Of a stretch of 21,854 nt of DNA, positions 8,901 to 17,762 are shown in pieces. Source of the DNA: Fonticula alba ATCC 38817 (lineage: Eukaryota > Protista > Nucleariida); assembly GCA_000388065.2 (NCBI GenBank), contig KB932210.1; one strand, written 5' to 3'. The position numbers and the translations under genes were made by a program. Below the pieces are notes generated by a model. It did no database searches, had not been told where the DNA came from, and saw nothing but the letters and a program-made list of their open reading frames with translations. The number at the start of each line of letters is the position of its first letter. Positions within the stretch are counted from its first letter, which is position 1.

Positions 8901-11678
8901 ATGAGCTTGTCGCTGTCACCGGCCGAGGTGGATGCGCTCCGGCCCTGGCTTGACTCCACCATCGAGGAGCTCTTCCTCCTGCCCAATCCCGAGCTGGCCG
9001 ATGTCGTGGTCACCTCCCTTGCTGAGGGGACTCGCTTCTCGCAACTGCGCTGTGCGTGTCCCCTCTCCGCTCCCTCTGCCCAGATCCATGGCTGGTCTTG
9101 CCTTTCGCCTCCACTTGCCTCTGATCGTGCTTTTGCTTCCCCACATTGAAAGCTCGCCTACTCTCGGTCGTGAAGGATGAGCTCGGTGCCAATAAGTTCC
9201 TAAACCTCATTCAGGCCAAGGTCGAGTCGCTGGCCCGGTCTCGGAAGCGGCCGCTCGAGGGCGCTGCCGAAAGCCCGGCCAAGCGCGCCCACCAGGCTCC
9301 CGCTGAGCCGAGCCCCGTGCCCACGACCGCGTCCACGCCCTCGGTGCGATGATGTCCCGCCCTCCGGGGAGGCACCACCCATCCGCGCGGGTCCAACTTC
9401 AATCTCTAACCCCCTTTCTTTGACCCTGCTTCGTGCCCCACCGCCCTTCCTTCCCCTCCGTCCTCCCTCCCTGCTCGGTCTAGGCGGCTGCCTCGGCTGA
9501 CGCGGCTCGGGCCAAGCTCGATGCACTGCTGGCTGGCGGGAATCCTGCTCTCCAAAAGGCTCTGGCGTTCGAGAGTGCGTCTTGCCACGCCCGCCTGGAT
9601 GCCCGCATCCGGACACCCTCCCTTCTTCTTCTGCCGGGCCGTGCCGCCCCCTGCTGACGGCTTCGCTTTCCCCTTCACCACCACCCAGTTCCCCAGCCCA
9701 AGGCCCAGGCCCCAGCGGCACAGGCCTTTGTGGCTGCTGCCCCTCCAGCCGCCAATGCTGCCTCTCGTCCGACCGCCGCGACCACCTCGGCCAAGACTGC
9801 GCCGGCCAAGGAGCCGGTCAATCCGTATCTCGCGCCGGCGACCGCCGCCTCGCGCTTTAGCCGCCGCCACCGCAATCTGACCTTCTTCGAGCCGGGCGCC
9901 ATCGTCGACCAGGCCGAGGCCCAACGCAAGCAGGTATGTCCGGCGGCCCCATTTGCCCACTCTCCCGGATGCGGTCTCTGACCGATGGATCACTCTCGCC
10001 CTCGCAACGCGCGATCTCCCCCTGCCCTTAGGCGCGGCTCGATGAGCTCAAGCGCAAGGTCGAGGAATCCCTCAACAAGGCCGCCATCAAGGAAAACCTC
10101 GACCTGTCGGACACCTTCGAGGATCCGTACTGCGGCGATCCGCCGATTGTCGAGTGGTGGGATGCCCAGTTTGTCACCTCCTATGCCGGGGTGGACGCCG
10201 GCGAGGCAGGCCTCGACTACACGGCTGTCTCGCACCTGGTCCAGCACCCAGTGCCTCCCGAGGCGCCGATGCCCATCCTGCCGCCTCCCACCAAGGAGCT
10301 CTTCCTCACGAAGCGGGTGCGTGCACAGCATGCCCCCTGCCCCCTCCCCCCTCCTCTCGCTCCTTCGGGCTGTCTTCCTTTCCTTTTGGGCCCCACGCTT
10401 GCCATCCACTTTCTGACCCCTCCTCTGTTCCCTGCCACAGGAGCTGAAGAAGCAGCGTCGCATGCGCAAGCTCGAACTTGAGAAGGAGAAGCAGATCAAG
10501 ATTCGCGCCGGTCTCATGGCGCCGCCCCCGCCCAAGCGTGCGTGCCCCAGCCCCGACGACCGGACGCCCGAGCGGCCGAGCGCCCGTCGCCCGGCCCTTC
10601 CCCCCCTCCCCTTGCTGCCACCGCCCTCCGCCCCCTCCGCACCCACTCTCACCCCCTCCCGGCACTCCCAACAGTCAAGATCTCGAACATGGTCCGTGCG
10701 CTCGGCATGGAGGCCCTGCTGGACCCGACCAAGGCCGAGATGATGGTCAAGGAGCAGCGCGACCTGCGGCAGGAGATCCACCAGAAGGCCAACGCCGAGC
10801 GCAAGCTCACCCAGGCCGAGAAGCGCAGCAAGGTCCAGTCAAAGCTGGAGCAGGACCGCGCCAAGGGCATCCGGGTTCTTGTCTTCCGGTGCGTGGCCTT
10901 CCCCGTTGTGCCCTCGCCTCTTGCCTGCGAGCAGCCCACTGACGTCCGGTCCCTTGCCATATCCCCCCTCAGGATCACCGATCTCACGGACGGAGGCCAC
11001 CGATTCAAGGTCGATGCCAACGCGCGGCAGCTCATGCTCTCTGGCCTGGCGCTCCTGTGCAGCCCCAACAATCTGGTCATTGTGGAGGGTGGTGCGTGAA
11101 CCCCAGAGCCCAGTTGTCTTTGCACGCACACACGCACATGTTCTCCCCCCCTCCTCCCTCCGTCACACCTGCCCGTTCTCCATACATGCCTCCCCCCCTC
11201 CCCTCCCCCCAGCGTATCATGCTTGCTGCTCACATCCTCCCTCCCGGTGAACCGGCACCTGCACAGGCTCCAAGGCGGCCAACCACTACAAGAAATTGAT
11301 GCTCAACCGAATCAAGTGGAACGAGAGGTCCGCCCCGGCGGCCGACGCCGCGTCCACTGCCGAGGCCAAACCGGCGATCGTGGCGGCTACCGAGGCCTCG
11401 GAGCCGAACGAATGCCACCTTGTGTGGGAGGTACGCGCGTCTGGTGGCCCTGCGCCTGCAAACGACGCCCAATGCTGACCTCCTCTCCCTCCCTGCCCCC
11501 CCCCCCCCTTCTCCTGCTTGCGCCGCCGTCCCAGGGTCTGGTCAGCGCGCCGGTCTTCGACAGCTTCCGATTCAAGGCCTTCAAGGATGAGAAGGCGGCG
11601 CAGGATTTCCTCCGCAGCCTGGATCTTGGTCACTACTGGGACAGCGCCAAAAACTTCACCGGCGAAATCACCATCTAA
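8901..11678 (+). CDS. PRPF3: U4/U6 snRNP protein Prp3 with N-terminal PWI-like domain
   Basis: Exons 8901-9051, 9153-9343, 9484-9574, 9689-9933, 10032-10316, 10441-10537, 10675-10888, 10973-11091, 11267-11430, 11535-11678; 566 aa, frame kept. Motifs EVDALRPWL (PWI), IVEWWD, LVQHPVP, LFLTKRELKKQRR, GLMAPPPPKLKISNMVRALG, HRFKVDANARQL, LVIVEGGSKA, YKKLMLNRIKW, CHLVWEG. Confidence 0.95.
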
Positions 11679-11844
11679 TTGGGTCCCCTCGGGGGGAAGG
11701 TGGCAGCTGGAAGCTCCCCGGTCCCAGGGCCCCTCCGAAGCTCATCGGAAATACATGCCCCCACACAAGCCGGCACACAAAGGCGTCATTTCTCTGTACG
11801 GGGAGGTCCCTCGCTCTCGTTCCACGAGAGTCGCGAGGGGGAGT

Positions 11845-14800
11845 CTATTCCTCGCGCGCGCCGAGGGCATCGGTCGTCACAGCCGGGCTGGCCGGGTCAA
11901 CGATGACCGGCAACATATGGGCCTCGGTCGTGAAGACGACCCGATGAATGGGGAAGTGCACCTTCTCGCTGAAGATCAAATACAGGTACTTCAATGTCTC
12001 GGCAAAGAAGAAGCTGATCGGTGGACGCGGGGGGAGCGGGAGAGGAGAGAGGCAGGTCAGTGGCAGCGGAATCGGGCCATGGCGAGCGGCAGGGCGCGAC
12101 AGGCAGCGAGTGGCCCAGGAGCGAACAACAGGGGAGGACCAAGCCCCATTCAACAACCTCCCCCACTCGCTGGGGGGAAAAAAAAACACGCGAGCCCGGA
12201 GGACGCACCTCTCCATTCTATCGGTGTGGTTGTTTCTGGAGAGATCCGTCACGTCGGCCAGGGTGGCGTAACCACGGCCGGCTGGCAGCCGGCAGAAGCG
12301 CTCAATTGACTGGAAGATGTCCCACGCCCACTCCTTGTAGGCCGGGTCGGCTGGCAGGCCGAAGTGCAAGGTGGCCTGCTCCACGAGGAAGATACTCTCC
12401 ACGGTCTCGGGTCGGAGGATGTACGCGGCCGAGGTGATAAGCGGTCCCTCGCGCTCGGTCTGGACCAGGGGCAAGTGGTCGAAGGATGGCCCGATGCCGG
12501 CGGTGCTCGTGCGGGCCGGCCGCTCGTGTGACGCCGCCTGGTCGCCATCCACCGGGGACATGGCCAACTCGGCCGGGCCGGTGGGCTCGTCGGTCGGCGA
12601 AGGTGAGGAGGCCTGGCTTTGGCCGGAGGCCGGGTCCCGGCGGAAGAGGCGCTTCCCGCCAAAGGGAGCCGTCCCACCGGCTGGGCTGAAGCCCTGGAAG
12701 TGAACGACCTCCGGGGCCAGCCCGGTAGGCGACTCGCGGTACAGGCGCACGCAGGTCCGGAGCAAACCCCGGGCGATGGCCAGATCGCGAGGTCGGCCCA
12801 AACGCACGGCACCCAAAGCCAGGGTACCGGGCAGGAAACACGACAGCTGATCCAGCTCGGTGGAGTGCATCTGTGCGGCGCCAAGCTTCTTGGCTCCAGT
12901 GGACAGCTCGCCATTCGGCAGTCGGAAGAGCAGGTGCCGCTCGAGGTCCCCGACGAAGGCCTCATCTGTGTGTGTGTGTGTGTGTGTACGTGTGTGTGTA
13001 CGTGTGTGTACGTGTGTACGTGTGTACGTGTGTGTGTACGTGTGTGCGTGTGTGCGTGTGTGTGTGCGTGTGTGTGTGCGTGTGTGTGTGCGTGTGTGTG
13101 TACGTGTGTGTGTACGTGTGTGTGTACGTGTGTGTGTGTGTGTGTACGTGTGTACGTGTGTACGTGTGTACGTGTGTGTGTACGTGTGTGCGTACGTGTG
13201 TGCGTACGTGTGCACGTGCGTATACACGCGTACGTGCGTGCGTACGTGTGCACGTGCGTATACACGCGTACGTGCGTGCGTACGTGTACGTGTGTACGTG
13301 TGTATATACGCGTACGTACGTGCGTACGTACGTGCGCGTGTGCACGCATGTTGGGAAAGAGAGGGAAGGAGGAGGGAAATAAAAGAAAAAGCAAGAGTCA
13401 GAGGAACCACGAGTCAACACGCATGCCTGAGGGCTACTGCAGGGAAAGGGCAGACGCACAGAGGTGCCGGAAGCGCGGCTCAACCATGTTCGTCAGGAGA
13501 TACTGCTTCAGCAAATACTCGTAGTAGGAGTCGGACAGGGCCCCGACGGTGAGCAGGCCACCATTCATCGGGCCGCCTGTGCGTCGGTCAATCAGCGTCG
13601 TCAGGAGGCCCATCTTGGCGAAGGGGGCGGCGCCGGAGCCGTCACCGCCACTGGCCAGGCCGAAGCGGGCCAGATACTCGTCGCCCATCTCCTCCAGGGT
13701 GTCGATGACGTGCTGCGCACGAGTGGCATACTTCGGGTCGCCGGTGACATGGCTCAGGTACTTGAGCTCCACCTGGACGGTGCCGATCTCGGCCAGGACG
13801 AAGTTGTTCCCGGTCCAATTGGGATTGAAGCCCGTCTCGCTGAGGAGGCAAAGGGGGGAGCCCCGGGGAGGAGGGACATGTCAGGCCCGCGGGAAACCCA
13901 CCAGAGGGGGGGAGAAGAAGGGAGAGGAAAGAAGGAGGAGCCCAGACGCACGTGCGCATGTCCAGCGTGTGGTAGGGCAGGCCAACCGGCGAGTCGAAGG
14001 CCTTGAGCAGGGAGTCGCCCAGCTCGCGCGCCTTGGCCAGCAGGAGGCGATCGCCGCCCGACAGGAAGTGCGCCCCGAGCAGGCCGCCCAAATGGCGGAT
14101 AGTCGTCTCGAAGACGGAAATCTGTCCCGGAGCCTTGTCCGTGCCAGGGACCGGGGTGTCGTCCAGGGAGGAGCCGCTGGACCCGGACGGCTGATTGTCC
14201 CCCTCGGACTCCGGGTCTGGCAGCAGCGGCTTGAACCCCGGGCCGGAACGATAGTTAAGCCGGGCGACGTGGGTCCGTGCCCGGGCAAACTCCTTTTCCA
14301 GGCCCATCAGCAGCATGGTGTCCAGCGAGTCCACCAGGGTGATGCCCCAGCCATTCCAGTTGTTGCGTGGGGCCTGCGACAGAGGGAGCAATTCGTCTGC
14401 CCCGAAGGCCAGTGCCTCGTACGCATTCCAGCCATAGAGGAAGGCCTTGGGCGAGGGCAGGCGGACCGAGGGGGAGGCGGAGAGCGGCAAGAGCACCAGT
14501 TAGCCGGAGCAGGGAAGAGGCGCGCGGTGAATGCATCTGCCTGTCACAGGAGGGGCAAGGAGGAGAAAAGCGAAAGGAGAAGAAAATCAAAAGGAGAAGA
14601 GAAAAAAGAAGGAGAAAGGGCAAAAGGAGGAGCAGGAGGTCGGAACGCACATCACGGATGGCCTTCCGTCGGCCGGCATGGTCCTTCGGGAAAAGAGCCA
14701 GCAACCGGCGCGAGTGGGCATCCGCATCGGGCGTGAACCCGGGCGCAATGTCGCCGATGGTCAGATCAAAGTCGACCGCCGACCGGAAGGACGACAGCCA

Positions 14801-15416
14801 GGCGGGCGGGGGGATCGGCCCCTCCGGGGCCCAGGCCGAAGCCCAGGCCGGGGGCACCTTGGTCAGGGCCCCGGCATCCACGCCGCCGGCCGACCGGAAT
14901 TCCGGGTTCAACCAGTCCGGCAGCCGGGCGGTGTTGAAGTCGCCGTCGGCGCCCACGGGGACTCGGCCGCCGGAGGGTGGCGGCCCGGATGGCGTGGCCG
15001 GCTGGCTGCCGTGCGGCGGGCTGCCCGCATCGGGCGCCGGGGCTGGCGTGCCCTCGGCCGCCGGCGGCGGGGCCGGCGGGGCCGGCGGCCCCCCGCCTGC
15101 TGCCGGCCCCCCGCCACCCGGCGCGGCAGTCCACATGCCCCCGGCGGACCCCTGTACCAGGTACACCAGCACCACCAGGGTGAGGGACATCAGTAGCAGG
15201 GCCAGGCAGAGCACCTGCGAGGGGGCCTTACGCAGGGAGAGGTTGCGCGCTTCCAGCTGGAAGCGCTTGCGGAAGCGCCGCTTCAGGTCGAACCAGCGGC
15301 TGTCGCTGGCAGTGACCGAGGCGTACGGCGTGCCAAGGGCCCCGAGCCCGCTCAGGGATCCGGAGTCCCCGCGGCCGGCGCCCAGATGCCCGGCACTCGC
15401 GCCGCCGATGCCAGCC

Positions 15417-15447
<31 letters not shown>

Positions 15448-15622
15448 GCAGCAGCGCGCGCAGCTTGCCCAGGAGGCCCGGCTGGGTCCGGGGGGCGCCG
15501 CCGGACATGTGCGGCCCGGCCAGGCCGGGCGTCAGCGGCCGGTAGCCGCCATACCCGGCCCGATAGTGGTGTGGCAGGATGGGCGCGTTGCCGCGGCGGT
15601 CATTGGCGAAGCTGCCGAGCAT
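11845..15622 (-). CDS. Class I alpha-1,2-mannosidase (GH47), type II membrane protein
   Basis: Exons 15622-14651, 14445-13952, 13839-13460, 12965-12209, 12013-11845; 923 aa, frame kept. Motifs GITLVDSLDT, FETTIRHLGGLL, LAEIGTVQVE, GALSDSYYEYLLKQ, LRPETVES, ESFFFAETLKYLYLIF, FTTEAH; signal anchor VLCLALLLMSLTLVVLVYLV after a basic stretch. ER versus Golgi subfamily not resolved. Confidence 0.93.
12967..13351. repeat. Complex (TG/CG/TA/CA) alternating purine-pyrimidine tract with an internal 38-bp tandem duplication (13201-13238, 13239-13276)
   Basis: Read directly; lies in mannosidase intron 13459-12966 and abuts the acceptor. Confidence 0.97.
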
Positions 15623-15672
15623 GGCACGCGCGCACCGTACCGCCGGCGAAGAGGCTCGCTCGCTCGGGGCGT

Positions 15673-15774
15673 CTGTCGTGGAGAGGGGGCGGGGGGGGGA
15701 GTCACAGTGCGAGGGCGTGTTAGCCAGGCAATGCACAGGGAGCGTGCTCAAGGCAACAGCGGGATTGGGCGCAC
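15673..15774 (-). other. Probable 5'-UTR intron of the mannosidase gene
   Basis: Donor GAG|GTGCGC, branch GCTAAC (15724-15719), C tract, acceptor CGACAG 50 nt before the ATG; the upstream in-frame sequence has a stop and no ATG after it. Confidence 0.6.
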
Positions 15775-16591
15775 CTCGACAAAGGCAGCCGGCGCGCGCG
15801 GGAGGGGGGCAGCCGCCGTGAGAGCACAGTCAGCGGGTGATGTGTGATGAGGACGGGCAGAGGGAGCTGCGTGTGTGTGGGTGGGTGGGTGTGCACGCGG
15901 GCACGCGCTGGACGGGCTGTGTGTGGAGGGGAGGGGGGAGAAGGGGAAGGGGGGGGGGGGAGAGGGGTGCGGATGAAGAGGGGTGCCGGGCCCGGGTCCG
16001 AGCCCCCAGTTGGGGGCCATCGGCCTGACAAAAAGGCCTGTCCGGGCGCGCCCCCGAGACACCGCTGTCGAAGGCTCCTGCCCGCTGGTGTCTCCCCCCC
16101 CCCCCTCCCCCCCTGCCGCCCCGTACACACAGCCCGGCTGACGTGACCGGCGGCGGGGTGTGCCCTGTGAGATCCGCCAACACGGGGACAGGCACGCTGA
16201 TTATGCCCAGCCACAGCCCGCACGACACGCCCGGCCGGCCGTGTCCTCCCCGGTCGCTCCCTGTGGGCGGCGCGCCCCGGGGCGGGGGAGCACCCCGGGC
16301 CCGAACTGCCGCCGCTGGGGGGCTGTCTATTGCGACGGGAAGACGCCGGCCCCGGCGGCCGCATCCGCGCAAAAACATGCACAGGTCAAGGCTCTGTGTC
16401 TGCGGCCACCCCTGCTCAGGTCACACACCCGGGTCCCCTCCCCTGTGGTCCCCCAGGGGAGGGGGAGGCGGGACACCCAGGCGCCCGGCCAGCCACCGCC
16501 CCTCGAGCCGATCACCACCAGTCATTGGGGCGAGGCGCGCGCAGCGCACCCGGTGTGACGTGCGCTCGGGGCGGGAGTCAAAAAGATTGTG

Positions 16592-16670
16592 TGATTGGAG
16601 TGGGACTCGAACCCACGAGGTTTCCCACTAGTACCTGAAACTAGCGCCTTAACCACTCGGCCATCCAACC
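16592..16670 (-). tRNA. tRNA-Leu(CAG), intronless, 79 nt
   Basis: GGTTGGA/TCCAATC acceptor, TGGCCGAGTGG A box, CTAGT-TTCAGGT-ACTAG anticodon arm (CAG at 16637-16635), variable arm TGGGAAACCTC, GTGGG-TTCGAGT-CCCAC T arm, discriminator A, TTTTT terminator at 16584-16580. Confidence 0.96.
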
Positions 16671-17453
16671 GTAACTGAGGATGGTACCTCCATTTTGGCC
16701 ATAAGACCCAGTGCCAAAGGACGGCCCCGTCGCGAGGAATCTAGGGTAGCTAATGCGAAAATCGCCTCGAATCTGGTCCGATAGACATCGAGATGCCGAG
16801 CTACGGTATGCACGTCGATCATGTTCTCCTGTGGTGAACAAGACACCAACGGCGGCGGCCCTCCCTATTGACCCTGGCGCCGCGATAGCAGGGCCCTGGG
16901 AGGGACGTTCTGTTCGTGCTTGCCAGGCAGATCCGAGCCGCCGGCACACACATCTTTGAACAATAATAATGATATGTGATAAATAAAATACACGAACATA
17001 CCCCCTTTTGCATTAATCGAAACACACTCTCGGACACCCCTGACCGAGGCGTTCCTCTCCTCGCCAACGGCCCGGCCCTGTGTAAACAAAAACCGGCGCC
17101 AGCCAACGACAGCGGAAAATTGGGACCGGGAGGAGCCCGAAAAAGAGGCCCCCTTGTTCCCCCCGGCAGTTGGTGGGGATCGCCCAGGGCCGCGCTCCCC
17201 CCACCTCCCCTATGTCGGCGCATGTTCCCCTGTTTCCGCCGGGGTCCGGGGGGAGGGGGAGCCCGGCGCCGATGCCCGGTGCCCGGCTGTCAAGCTGTGC
17301 CTCGCTGCCGGGGTGTCGCCGTCGGGCTGCGGGCTGCCTGCTGGAGGGCCGTTGCACATTGTAACCATAATGTCACCTCCGACGCTGCGTCGGAACTTCG
17401 CTCCGCTCACCTCCTCCGCACCTGCCTCACCTCGCCCTGCTTTGTTTTCCCCT

Positions 17454-17463
17454 NNNNNNNNNN
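17454..17463. other. Assembly gap (10 N)
   Basis: Run of N. Confidence 0.99.
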
Positions 17464-17680
17464 GCGGTGTGACTCAGTCCCTGATGTACTCTCTATAAAG
17501 ACGCAGATCACCAGCTTTCCTTTCTTTTGTTGTTGTGTCCACGTCCGAGTGGTGACCCTCTCGGGACGGAACACTCTGGGTGGTTCAGGGAAGGCCCTCA
17601 CCGGTCCCCCAGAATCACACACCAGAACCGGGGTGTTTCACACATAAATTGGACTGGCGCGGGGTCCCTCCCAAGAAGCC

Positions 17681-17762
17681 ATCACCGTGTCCGAGTGGTT
17701 AAGGAGTCCGATTAGAAATCGGATGGGCTCTGCCCGCGTAGGTTCAAATCCTGCCGGTGATG
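17681..17762 (+). tRNA. tRNA-Ser(AGA), intronless, 82 nt
   Basis: ATCACCG/CGGTGAT acceptor, TCCGA-TTAGAAA-TCGGA anticodon arm (AGA 17714-17716), GGGC-TCT-GCCC variable arm, GTAGG-TTCAAAT-CCTGC T arm, discriminator G, TTTT at 17768-17771. Confidence 0.97.

Noticed and set aside
12249-13552. Long HTRT/VCVR-repeat ORFs on both strands
   Set aside because: Translations of the stop-free intronic RY tract; the spliced GH47 model explains the region.
15844-16028. Box C GTGATGA with a downstream CTGA
   Set aside because: About 180 nt apart, no terminal stem, and antisense to the mannosidase leader.
16681-16720. U2 snRNA-like text TTTTGGCCATAAGACCCAGTG
   Set aside because: Lacks the GTAGTA branch-point pairing sequence and the downstream U2 structure.
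16675-16720. Hammerhead-like CTGAGGA followed by a TGGTAC/GTGCCA stem
   Set aside because: No GAAA after the stem and no closing helices.
2395-17762. Functional cluster of Sen54 with three tRNA genes
   Set aside because: All three tRNAs are intronless and several kb away; proximity is probably coincidental.
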